Shown here in pieces: positions 15,862 to 29,095 of a stretch of 64,000 nt of DNA. The DNA lies in assembly GCA_964016885.1 (NCBI GenBank), contig OZ024741.1:141112001-141176000 (forward strand), given 5' to 3'. The notes beneath the pieces were generated by a model. That model was not told the DNA's origin, did no database searches, and worked only from the letters and a program-made list of their open reading frames with translations. Each line of letters begins with the position of its first letter. Within the stretch, counting starts at the first letter, position 1. The DNA is from Eledone cirrhosa. Lineage: Eukaryota. The translations under genes and the position numbers were made by a program.

Positions 15862-16040
15862 TGGCAGTGGATTGACAGAGGATTTAAAGGGTCGGGCAAA
15901 GGAGTTACGGTAATTATTCCGGCTCTTTAAGTTCTGAGTTCAAATCCAGCCGAGTTTAATTTTGCTTTTCTTCCTTCCTAGCTCGATACGATAAAATACC
16001 TACACTTTCCCTTCACCTAAATTGCGGACCTTGTGTATAT
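15862..16040 (+). mobile_element. Older diverged SINE A-related copy
   Basis: GGCAGTGGATTGACAGA..CTGAGTTCAAATCCAGCCGAG..TTTGCTTTTC. Confidence 0.6.
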
Positions 16041-17961
16041 ATTAAGTCTTTATTATCTTCCCATTACAATTTCCACTTATCTTTACATTCTATTTATTCT
16101 ACTGAATGGTTAGAAACGTCAATGATATCCACTTTTACTGCTGCTAGCTAGTTGAAACGATATGGTCATTCTTGTTGTTTTTAGTCATATTTCTACAAAA
16201 TCGATATTGCTAATTCGCTGTGCTGTTGATCTAGTAATGACATTATGTAAAATAGATTCGGCCTTCAACTTCATCTCTGTGGCATTTAATTTACTTGTTT
16301 TCATATATTAGTTTGTTTTCGAATTTTAAGTTTCATTCATATTTCTCATTTTTTAATTAAGACATGTGTGCTCGTGGTTAGGTGTTAGGGTGATTTGTGG
16401 GTTAGGGGGGGGGGGGGGCACGTTGTATTCTTGAGCAAAATACTTTATTTCACGTTAAGAGCTAAGACAGTTCACTAGAAAAAAGCATTTGTATCCATAC
16501 TTCAGTGTCACGCTGAATCTCATTAAGAGTTGTATTGTGTACATGAGGCTGTGGAAGGCTCAGCCACGTACACATAAATACTCGTTTTCGGAACCGACAA
16601 AGGTCCAGTACACACAATGAAATATTTAGTTTTAAAACTATAATCACAGACACGTCATATCTGCTATTTACACAACAGCACAACATTAGTCAGATAAAAC
16701 TGTTCTATATCCATCTATGGACCTTGATTTCCAAACGGTGTCGTAGGAGCGCCCTTGTGATATATGCCTTCCTAAGTAAAAGAGAGACGGATGAGAAAGA
16801 GATATAGAGAAAGAATATACCCCAGTATTGGAGAAGTGTTTTAACTATCGATCCCGAAACGATTTTAATTCAGAGAGTAGAAAGCCAGAACATATATATC
16901 CGACGTTCTAACGATTTTGAAAACACGCCGCCATTCATGTTCCACAGATCATATTTTAAAAAAATTCTCCATAGAATTAATTTCCTATCTTATTACAGCT
17001 ATTGATTAAATAATGTAATGAATCAAAACTATTGGCAAGTACTAGCTAGTAAGATTTAGTTAATCATATATAATAAACTTACGCAATGAGGCAGTGAATT
17101 ATTTCATCATCTTGTGGTTGATGAAATACCAGTCCAACTGTGGTGTTTTGTCGAATGTTGTGCTATCTTCTTTGGCGGCGTAGCTTTTGAGTTCAAATTT
17201 CGTCTCCTTCAATCATGATTAGCGAACGGAAGATATTATAAGTAATGGAAAACTCATAGATATTTGTTTCCTAGTTCCAGTCAGTCGATCGTCTACTTTG
17301 TTTTATTTTTAAGCAATAAGATGCCAGTTGAATACTCTGTAAAACGTCGACAAAATGGCTATTTCCTTAAATACTTAGCATTTCGCAAATCTCCATACTC
17401 TATTAGATTCGACAATTTCAATATATAACTCACATGAAGTACAAAATTTCAAACAAAATGTTTTAGCATAAATGTATAGTAAAAGAAAACAATGACAAAA
17501 CATTGTTTACATTTAATTGATTACAAATTCCGTTGTTTTACCAATATTTGGTGCACATAAATTTTCTCTGCGGCATATATTGCGAAGAAGGAAAATTGTA
17601 AACAAATAATCGAATATTACAAAATATATCTTATCGTAAACATCGTTTTATAGCAATAGAAACATGCAATACTATAACTGACTGTAAAATATATGTAATA
17701 ACATAGTTTTCACTTAATGGATTTATGGGGACGCGTGCGCGCACACACAGACACTCACATATGTGAATTTTTGTTTAATTGTTCATGTTGAGTGTGCCGA
17801 GTTGATTAATTATTTCATTCTCATAGTTTGCAAAATCCTTAAGCTGCTTACACGAGATTTATGAATTATATCTGTTTCATACTGATACCGTATATTTGAA
17901 AAAAATATCAACACTAACCGTGTAATATTTACAGATCTTCCTTTTCTCTTAACTATTATAT

Positions 17962-18059
<98 letters not shown>

Positions 18060-18090
18060 GACACTACCGTAAACTCTTGGTAGATTTATC

Positions 18091-18125
<35 letters not shown>

Positions 18126-18922
18126 AATATATATATATATATATATAATATATATATATATATGTAAACTATCGTAGCGTTTAGTAAGTTGCAATTCTTA
18201 GAAAATACTGCTGAACACTTTTGCAACAAATATTACGCTTAAAATATCGGGTAAAATAACTGTTCTGACGGTGAAAAAGGGTCTGCTGGGCAATTTTCGT
18301 CATCTGTTGGAGTATTGTACCCGAGCTTCTAAGCTATTTTTGTGGCAATTGATTGTGGTTACAATTGTTTTCTGCGTTTGAGATTCCTGCCTTTTTGTAT
18401 ATATATATATTAACCCGCGTGTATATTATTTTTTTTCCTCATTTCGTGGATCGTGGATTGTCTCCTCTTCCCGCTTCGTGTCGCTATGATACTTCCTCAG
18501 TCAAAAACTGCTGGAATTTCAAATTTGGCGGTCATTCGAGGTGAGATAGAGCAACTGTACGGACATGATTTTTGACAGCGGTAAGAAATGGTTTTCTTAT
18601 ATCAATGTTTAATGGGCTTCCACTGATGATTTATAAGTGCCCACCTAAATATATTCTTACATGAATATATATTAGGCTTCTACATAAACTGGAAACATTC
18701 TCCCAAACTTGTAGAAAACTTATAATGAAACAATTGTTTGGAAAGAGAGATATACTTTAACTTTAATTATATCTCATAAAATAATACAACTGGTTTTTCC
18801 AAATTATACATATTGTTAGCACCCCAAACAATTAAATTGGGTTTATATTTTAATATAACCTAATGTTTGTTGAGTGAGATGGTTACCAGTCAGAGTTTAG
18901 CTTTAAGCTATCTCTGTTATTG

Positions 18923-18985
<63 letters not shown>

Positions 18986-18986
<1 letters not shown>

Positions 18987-19450
18987 TAGCAGATTGGCCC
19001 GGCGTTGCTCGGGATTTGCTATAGCGTTCTTATATATTTGATATATAGTTATCCTTATCGAACCTCGTGAAATAAATACGTTTGTTTATATTTTGTTATT
19101 GTGTATGCAAAAATATCTATAATTATATCTATAATTATATATATATATATATATTAAAATAACAGACTGAAGTTTAAGCAAAGAATCACTGCTTTCACCC
19201 TTAACAGGATATTCTACCTAAAAGCAGTATGAAGTACATACACTAAGACTAATTGAGGTAATCTTTGGCCTTGTTTGTTTATATTTTGTTTTTGTGTATG
19301 CAAAAATAGCTGTACACGAATATCTATATTAAAATAACATATTCATGTTTAAGCAAAGAATCGCTGCTTTCAACCTTAACGGGATCTTCTTAAACTAAAA
19401 AAATCACTCTGGAAAACAGGAAGACGATACTTTGGTTCGTGAACACGTTC
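18986..19450 (-). mobile_element. Non-autonomous Helitron-like element (3' end at 18986)
   Basis: Minus strand ends CCCGAGCAACGCCGGG (hairpin)-CCAATCTG-CTAG|T. Internal tandem duplication of about 180 bp; internal segment shared with 2921-3030. Confidence 0.6.
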
Positions 19451-19551
19451 CCTGGCATAAGAATATATATACACACACACACTGATCGCGTCAACAGCAA
19501 TGGTTGCATTCTTTAAGGGTATGTCAATATTTATTTATAAAACTGATCTAT

Positions 19552-19614
19552 ATTATATTTTATCTGATGAAAGCACACCATAATTTAACTTGGTGTCCTT
19601 GAAATATGTATAAT
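19552..19614 (+). ncRNA. Minimal type I hammerhead-like ribozyme
   Basis: CTGATGA-AAGcACACCA..TGGTGTcCTT-GAAA-TATG-TA-TAAT, then AATAAA. Stem I is imperfect. Homologous to 28465-28517. Confidence 0.55.
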
Positions 19615-19747
19615 GAAATAAATATGGTTTTATAAATATAGTTTCCATTTGTTAATATCGTATTTTTACTCCAAATATTTGTTGAGTGCTTTATATCAGT
19701 TATAAAAGTATTTGCTTGCTGTATCCCAACAATTTAAATAGAACTTT

Positions 19748-19781
<34 letters not shown>

Positions 19782-19893
19782 TTGCAATAAAATGAAAACG
19801 AAATTTCATTTCTCACTCTTAGTACGGCACTTACTTAAATGTAAGTATGTATGTATACGTACATACATATATGTATACAGACGTACAGTAGCA

Positions 19894-19961
<68 letters not shown>

Positions 19962-20102
19962 CAGGTACACATACATATATGTACGTATCAGTTTAGCGGA
20001 CGCTTATTATAGCGCCCGCTTTGTTCGTTTGTAAACAAACTGAACAGCCTGAATTTATGCGTTTGTATACATATATGTATGTACGTATACATACATACTT
20101 AC

Positions 20103-20136
<34 letters not shown>

Positions 20137-20159
20137 TGTGTGTGTGTATGTATGTGTGT

Positions 20160-20310
20160 GTTTCAACATATCTTCCGTCTACTAAATGTCACTCACAAAA
20201 CATTAGTCATTTATAGGCTACAGTTGGTGACACTTCAGAAAGGTGCCACGCAATCGAACTGAAGCGATAACCACGTGTTTGAGAAATGAACTACTTAACT
20301 ATGAAGTCAT
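20160..20310 (-). mobile_element. Degenerate tRNA/CORE-type SINE
   Basis: Minus strand has a tRNA-like head, GGCACCTTTCTGAAGTGTC, then GTGAGTGACATTTAGTAGACGGAAG. A related 5' part lies at about 43480-43562 (+). Confidence 0.4.
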
Positions 20311-22142
20311 ACATATGCATTAAGCAGCTACTAAATTTGATGAATAAAGATCTGTAGCTTATTATTATTAGAAAACACCTGCAAATGTCAACTTGCTCAT
20401 TCGTGGTTAATTGTCTCACCTATTGTACAGATGTATACTATGATATGTTTTTGGCATTTCATTTACAATGTTATGGTGCCAAGACAGTCACATGCGTAAT
20501 TAATGGCTATCGTCGTAGCCAAGTTTCTCATAAAATACACTCAATTAATTAAGGATTGTGAGGGATTTTCGAAAATTATTTCATATCAATATAGTAACTT
20601 TCTTTCCGGTTCTTATATAAAATTATGTTGGAAAATCTTTATTTACATTCGAACCGTGTAAAAGAGGTGATCGTGTTTCATAGAGCTAGAGACGGTTTTG
20701 TCTGTGTTGGTGTAGAGAGTGTTACAGGACTTTTAGGGATGCAAAATTTAAGGAGAATACCTTAAAAATGGGTAGGTTTGTTTCATAAAAACAGGACTAG
20801 ATACAACCGAGTTGGTATCAAACAGGTTAGTGAAGAATGAGACATGAGACTAGGGAAGAAAAGGGTGGTCATGAAACTAAAGAGAATCATATAAATGAAA
20901 GAAATGAAGAAATAGAAATATTTAGCGGAGAAATATGAGAGAAAGAGAGCGCGAGAGAAAGAGGGGGAGAGGTAAGATCAGAGGCAGACAGAAGAAAGAG
21001 GAAGATGAGATAGTTTCGGTGAAACTGTTAAAGAAGTATATTCAGAGGGAAGATAGGAGGGTGACGATGGAGAGAAGATTATATAAAACACAGGGGGAAC
21101 AGTATAAATAACAGAAATAATTCCATTAACTTAGTAAAAATGGGAGATTATAAATTAAGCAGCTGCATTCTCCCGTAGGCAATCGTATTTGTAAATATTC
21201 TTTTCAGAGATTTACGGACATACACGCACAATAAAACCACACAATAATATCCTTGTATACGCGCATGCTTGAACATACATACGAACATACTCTCACGGTC
21301 TGACATATACGAACACCCATACACTAACAGTAACACACCCACACACACATTCGCATGCACGCACATATACACAAGCACACGGGTACGTGTACATGTAAGA
21401 GGACATACGTACGCACGCTCACGCACGCGCATATACGCGCACATGCGCATACATACGCAACATGCACACACTCATATACATACACAAACATGCATACACA
21501 CAGTGATATACACACACTCTTGCATTCGCTTACTGACACTATTATATTCAATGTGTATATATATATATTTTCTGACAACTGTTGAAACCTCTTTTGATAA
21601 TATTGTGCATGTTTATATTGCCTGTTTGTTCTTCATTACTTCACTGAACGGTGACCCCATCCCCAACCTCAACCACAGCAAGCACTGTATGCTTTCAAAC
21701 GTAACTATTCTTTATCCACTAAGAAAGATTTTTCTATGAAAATATTTCCATACATTTACAGACACTGATCAATATTTAAGTATTTCAAAATGTTGTAAGG
21801 TGTATTTCAAATATGATCATGTCTTTCACCTCTTTCTTCCTGACGATCTGCATTCATTGAAACTTTCGGTGTGGGGGAAATATAATCCTTTCACGGATAA
21901 TTCTTATTCTTTAATTATTCACATCGAAACTAATAAATTAAATTCTTTCAATCACATTATACGAAAGCTTGTGTATGAGAGAACTCTTCCAATACTATTG
22001 TATTGTTCGCTCGCATCAGTTTTTTCTCTTTAGATATAAAATATATTATTTTCTAAACATCTATTTATCCATCACTATATCTACCTACCGCTTTCTTTCT
22101 CCCTCACGCTGTATGTATATATGTATAACCCCCTCTCTCAGC

Positions 22143-22202
<60 letters not shown>

Positions 22203-22829
22203 CAATTTGTTTTGCAAGATTTCTTCTCTGAAAACGTGTATTGAAACAGATATTGTTATACTTTGCCAATAACAACACACGCACCTGTTGGTTTCACTTC
22301 AATTTATTATAATTTTCCGATTGGAGGGGCACAAAAGAAAAACCCAGTTACTGAGGAGTTCCCAGAATGTGACAAAATAGCTTTGACAATATATAAACAA
22401 CCATCCGGTTATCTAACCAACCAACCGGAAATTTATAATAAATTGAAGTGAAAACTAATAGGTGCGTCTATATTTTATTGGCGCATGACCCTCCCAAAGT
22501 ATAACAATATATATATATATACCAACTCAAATGCTTCCCTCCTCTTCACAAATAGAAACATAAAAATAGATAAACATAATGACATATAAAAAGAAATATA
22601 TATGTGTAGTTCCATATGTGTAGACACTATGCTATGTCCCTGTAATTCAGAAGTACTTTCTAACATTTAAGTTTGGTATTCTATACCACTGAAAGTGACC
22701 TGAACTCAAGGGAGCATTATGTATAATGCATTTGCGCACAAGTACAACTTTCTGTGGTTGTGTATTAATGTAAATATTAAATGTGTAGCATTAAATGAAC
22801 TTTTCAGCCGACCCTCGTATATATGGGGA

Positions 22830-23172
22830 TGGGTTTCGAGAATGCTGAGAATGCCTCTGAACATTAATCAGTATATTCTGAGGATGAAGAACTCAGAGTT
22901 TTACGGGATCCTACCAAAAGTCAGTTCGAAAGTAAGACAGAGGAGTCTGAGGTTAGCTGAACATGCTTACCGACATTCAGAGTTGACACTGCACTCAGTG
23001 CTCCTTTGGGAGGCCCTACACGGACACACTAGAAGAGGGAGACCGATACTGACATATATTGATGCCCTAAGGACAGAAAATGGTCTCTGGAAGACGCAGG
23101 ACATGGTGGCGATGATGAAGGACAGAGACCGCTGGAGAGAACTCGCCAATGGATCTCGGGAATTTCACCCAC
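22830..23172 (+). mobile_element. RTE-clade LINE 3' fragment
   Basis: [68 protein letters not shown], a typical RTE/RTE-X ORF C-terminus, followed by a microsatellite tail. Confidence 0.8.
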
Positions 23173-23181
23173 CCTATATAT

Positions 23182-23251
<70 letters not shown>

Positions 23252-23411
23252 ATGTATGTATATATGTATGTATGTATATATATATATGTATGTATGTATA
23301 TATATATATATATATGTATGTATATATATATATATATGTATGTATATATATATATATGTATGTATGTATATATATATGTATGTATGTATATATATATGTA
23401 TGTATGTATGT

Positions 23412-23445
<34 letters not shown>

Positions 23446-23498
23446 GTATGTATATATATATATATGTATGTATATATATATATATGTATGTGTGTATG

Positions 23499-23543
<45 letters not shown>

Positions 23544-23690
23544 AAAGATGGTTAAAAGAGTTCCATGTATTTTATTATGCGCATTTCAAAAACAAATATC
23601 ATCATGCAATAACATTTGTGTTTTCATCAGATAAAATAGGAAGACATGATATGAAGGTTAAAAACACTTGTGGATGGTGCATTTTTAAAT

Positions 23691-23730
<40 letters not shown>

Positions 23731-24865
23731 CGACGACCTCTTGCATTTTGGGTCTGCCAATTTCAGTTGGGTCCATTGTAGAAGACACCCAAGCTGCCAC
23801 TTATGCAGTGTAAGTGGATATGAACCGACCTCCTTAACCACACATCTATTTAGAGATAACTATCTTTCATCAATACTTGTGCAAATAAATATTACGGCTT
23901 CTCAGAAATGGCTGATAGTAAATAATTTTGAATTAAACAAATAACGTATTTTTTCTACTGCTTACAAATTAAAATGATATCAGTCAATGAGATTACTTTC
24001 ACGATATTCGCTTTGAAGTGGTGAAATATATATTAGGTTGTTATCCGTTATATTTTTCATCTTGGTTTTCCTGATGTACTTTGAATCTAGTAAGCGTTTT
24101 AAATTAGATAAAATAGTAAACACTACATATATATATCTCTAAATAGAAATTTATGACCCAGATGTGTCTGGTATATTCCGCAACTGCAGATATTTCAATA
24201 TTTCTTGTTGCGAATAATTAGCAAATAAACTAGGTTAACTATCCCGTTTTTCAGGGAAATTTCTATGAGTAGGAAGTACAATCTTTACATATATAATGTA
24301 TTACCCCGTGTGAAATAAAATTATATTTAATCTAGCAAATTTATTGGAGTGTGTAATTAAATAAATACATAAAACTGATAATGTTTAACATTCATTCCTT
24401 CAAAGTAGAAGTGATTGTTTCAAATAGCGAGAAATGAGATTAGGTATTAATATTTAAAAGGAAACAATTGTTCCTAATTCTCTAAAATACTCGCACATAG
24501 CATACATTCAATAATGTAGACGCATGTATCTTCATTGATAAATTTGGTGGAGGCGTTAAACATTGGGTATTTTCTCCGAGTTTCTGCGTTTTCGGTTCAA
24601 GCACTGATGAAGTCGATTTGGCCTTCCATAGTCTAGAGATTGACAATCAGTGAATCAGCTAGTGCTGTCGCAGCTTTCCTTCTAAATGTGTCCGAAACGT
24701 AATGACACTTTTCTTACTATATTAAACTAATATAATACTTCATTGCACTGTGTGTTTTGGGGTTTGTAGCATCCGTATGTATATGCATATATATATATAT
24801 ATCGTAATAATAAATGTCTCAGTAGATCCCGTAAAAGGGCGAACTTTTAATCTGCACACACACAA

Positions 24866-25016
<151 letters not shown>

Positions 25017-25131
25017 ACAGAGAGATAATGGTGAAAGTGCATATCCTACTTACCACAGAATATACTTGATCCAATATCAATTTAGGTATTTTGTTTGCAA
25101 GTTCATATCTAGTTGGACCTGGCCTTTACAC

Positions 25132-25289
<158 letters not shown>

Positions 25290-25499
25290 CGTTTCTGAAT
25301 TTGTTTAGCAAGAATCTTTATTTGAAAACCTGTGTTGAAACCGATATTCTTATGCTTTGGGAGGGTCATGTTGCCAATAAGAAACAAACGCACCAGTTGC
25401 TTTCAGTCCAATTTATTATAAATTAAATTTATAAATTTAAGAATTTATAGATTTCCGGTTGGTTGGTTGGTTCCATAACCGGACGGTTGTTCATATATT

Positions 25500-25542
25500 G
25501 TCAAAGTTCTTTCGTCACACATTCTGTGACCTCTTCAGTGAC
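25500..25542 (-). ncRNA. Minimal type I hammerhead-like ribozyme
   Basis: Minus strand: GTCA-CTGAAGA-gGTCACA gaatg TGTGAC-GAAA-GAAC-TT-TGAC. A degenerate homolog lies at about 22347-22387 (+). Confidence 0.6.
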
Positions 25543-25565
25543 TGGGGATTCTTTTCTTTGTTTTG

Positions 25566-25632
25566 TGCCTCTCCTTTGTTCTGTCCTACGCCATCTTGTT
25601 TCAAGATGGCGTAGGACAGAACAAAGGAGAGG

Positions 25633-25634
<2 letters not shown>
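25566..25634. repeat. Perfect 33-bp inverted repeat with 3-nt loop
   Basis: TGCCTCTCCTTTGTTCTGTCCTACGCCATCTTG-ttt-CAAGATGGCGTAGGACAGAACAAAGGAGAGGCA. Confidence 0.95.
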
Positions 25635-25665
<31 letters not shown>

Positions 25666-25798
25666 GGTATGTAATGTTTAGTTACTATCAGTTCGCCAGC
25701 ATGAGCACTCAGTGCCAATGTCAGTCCGGTTCCCGATATAGTATTCTACGTTTGATATTGCTCCGTATTCGATATCCGTAAGGTGTAGTTTTACTCAC

Positions 25799-26178
25799 AA
25801 TTGTTTCTACTTTTGGCACAAGACCAGTAATTAAATCAGTGAATTACTAGTACTTTATTTTATCGAACCCCGTAAGGATGCCAATAAAATAACGTACCAG
25901 TTTATTATTATTATTATGAAGTGAGGTGGATTGGCAGTATCGTTAGAGCGTCGAAAACATGCTTTGCGGCATAGAGTTACGGTCGTTTACGCTCTGAGTT
26001 CAAATCGGGCCGAGGTTAACTTTGCCTTTCCTACTTATGGGGCCGTGAAAATAAAGTCCCAGTAACGAACTGGGGCCGATTTATAATAATAATTGTTTCT
26101 ACTTTTGGCACAAAGCCAGCAATTACCCAGTACATTACTGGTACTTTATTTTATCGACCCCGTAAAGATGAAAGGCAA
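25799..26178. mobile_element. Cluster of three SINE A pieces (minus partial 25799-25880, plus 25922-26080, minus partial 26091-26178)
   Basis: Each piece aligns by eye to 12691-12882. Confidence 0.75.
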
Positions 26179-26606
26179 ATAAGAAGAAGCAGAATAGTTA
26201 GTATAAATGAGGAATCACTGTGTTATGATTGCTTATGCACGTGTCACGCACGTTTCGCGATCCAGCAACTCAAGTTATAATCGATATCGATCGTAGGTTG
26301 AAGTGTTCTCCAAACGCTGGTCACACGTGAATAAACATAATGATGCTATTTAGCAATACCTCATTTCTACTCATACATATCATATGGAGCCATATTCAGT
26401 TCATTTAGATTTATTCAAAAATCCATTATACATATTTCGCTGAGGACTATCCGTTATTATAGCCTGAGTTATTCATACGGCAAAGCCTATAAAAACAATG
26501 AAAGTTCTTAAAAAAACCTTTAAGTTTAGAAAAATCCAATAACTTCTTCGAGAAAGATTTTCTTTTCTTGATACAGAGGGCCGGCCAGAAGCATGGTGTT
26601 GTCTCT

Positions 26607-26679
<73 letters not shown>

Positions 26680-26726
26680 ATATTAATAAATGTGAAGACT
26701 AAAATCTATGGTTCGTATATATTTGA

Positions 26727-26778
<52 letters not shown>

Positions 26779-27249
26779 GGAAAAGAATGAAACACCAGCC
26801 CGAATTACGCCGTACAGTGTTCAGGCAACCATCGTCACCTTTTTGTTCAACACTGACACAGGAACGATGTACTAGTTTCAAGCTTATTAGCTATCGAGTG
26901 AGTTAGTCGGCCGGGCGCACCGAAAACAATATATGGAAAAGAATGAAACGAAATTTCATTTCTCACTCTTAGTACAGCTGAGATTAAATGTAAGTATGTA
27001 TGTATACGTACATACATATATGTATACAGACGTACAGTAGTATGTATATATATATATATATACATGCACACATATATATATATATATATGTACGTATGGG
27101 TTTACCGAACATTTATTATAATGTTCGGTTTGTTTGTTTGTATATATACATACATACAGTGTGTCGCAACAAAATGCATACACACTTTACAATGTGATTA
27201 CAATGCTGATTACAGGGTGATGACAGGGTGGATACCCTGTATATATACA

Positions 27250-27285
<36 letters not shown>

Positions 27286-28464
27286 GAGCTAAACAAGATT
27301 CAATGAGTACATCAAAGAATGAGTTTTACAGTAGATTGGAAGCACTCTACAGTATATTATATTCGCGAGGTATTAATATTGAAATATAAATACCTTATTT
27401 TTCTATCCATGATTCAAATATAGAGCAAATATCCAACCTATAAATTATTACGGAACTTATTTTGAACTCTGAATTATCCATGCATTTATTATTATAATTT
27501 TTCTTATATATATGTATGTATTTAACTGTAAAACGTTGAAATCTATTATATAAGATTATAATCACTATCATTTACCTAAAGTATACTGTATCACTAATAC
27601 TTAATATATATCTATATACCTCCCTATATCTCTCTATACATAAATTTTAGATAATTTTTAAATTTTATTATTATTATTTATTTCGAACTGTGAATAATTC
27701 ATGCATTTACACCCTTTTATATATATGTATCTATTTAACTTTAGCATGTTTCAATCTATTATTTTATATTCGTTATCATTTACCTAAAATATACCGGCTC
27801 ATTAATATATCTCTATGTACCTAATCGTTATTTAAATATTTCTAACAATAAGTACTTCATAAGCTTTACATACCGAAATTGTTGACATTTTTATAGGTAA
27901 TCTTCGTTATAGATTACATTTAGGAAAAATATTCAACAGTGTAAATTTTCCTTTCGCTGGCCAGCTAAATCCTTTAAATTTTATTCTCATAAAATTCAGA
28001 AATTTAGAAATGTTAACACACTTATAGAATTTATAAAATTAATAATTATAAATAACCAGAAACTTTTATAAAAACCTAAAATCTTGAACATTCACCCTTA
28101 AAATAACATAAATTAAATATTTTAAAACTTAACCGTTTAGCTTTTGGGAAAAAATCTCTTTCTGCATATATTACTCCCCTTTATCTTTCCCTCTCTTTAA
28201 ATCTTCTTTCAGCGGCCCTCATGGGCTGTTGTAAATCATGAGATGTTTTCCTAGATAACCATAACTTGTAGTATCCTACATTTTAAAAAAATCTCTATAG
28301 CTGTCACATTAACCAAAGTTTTTCTTACTCACACATTCTCAATTGAATTTATTACGTTTTCGCATTTTCTCATTATTAGGGTATACATGTTGAGTTTTCT
28401 CTTAGGTTAATCACTACTTTGATTAAATCTTAACCATTTAACATCTCAGGGTATATCATGTATC

Positions 28465-28517
28465 ATTATATTTTGTCTGATGAGGACGTACTGTTGTACC
28501 TCTGAAATATGTATAAT
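28465..28517 (+). ncRNA. Minimal type I hammerhead-like ribozyme at the end of an AT-rich pLTR-like segment
   Basis: CTGATGA-GGAcGTAC tgtt GTACcTCT-GAAA-TATG-TA-TAAT. Flanks are homologous to 19515-19670. Confidence 0.55.
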
Positions 28518-28877
28518 CAAATTTAATTGATCAAAAGAACATCTATTTTATTAATATTTGTATTTTAATATATATATATATATATATACACTGTATATAT
28601 ATATATATATAACTTTTCCTGGTGCACTATGTATCTGTCTAGTAAGAATGTATTAGCAATAATTTTCTTTATATCCTAATAATTACTCTCGCCACTTATA
28701 TTTTGGAACCTAGGACTTGAACTATTTAAAGCAAAGGAAATAGTGAGAGTGGCTTTCGGCGAGTAAGCACTTCCGTACATTTGCCGCAGGGAAACGGGAA
28801 TCTTAACGCCTCCCTCGGTATTATATAATGTAATGCAAATTTGCCGAGTGATTTCTAATATTTTTTTCCGGTTTTAA

Positions 28878-29095
28878 GGGTGGTGGATTGGCAGAATCGG
28901 TATAGCATCGGACAACATACTTGGTGGCATAGAGTTATGTCCCTTTACATTCTGAGTTTATATCCCACTGATGTTAGCTTTGCCTCTCATCCTTACGAGG
29001 TCGATAAAATAAAGTACCAGTAATACACTAGGTCGATTTAATCGGCTTTCCCTTTCTCAAAATATCCTTGGCTTGTGCCTAAATCAGAAAACAAT
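28878..29095 (+). mobile_element. SINE A-related copy
   Basis: GGGTGGTGGATTGGCAGAATCGG..GCCTCTCATCCTTACGAGGTCGATAAAATAAAGTACCAG..GCTTGTGCCTAAATCAGAAAAC. Confidence 0.75.

Noticed and set aside
18345-18505. GAAAACAATTGTAACCAC on the minus strand, resembling the 3' half of the 7084 hammerhead
   Set aside because: No matching stem I or stem II with the upstream CTGAGGA; too degenerate to call.
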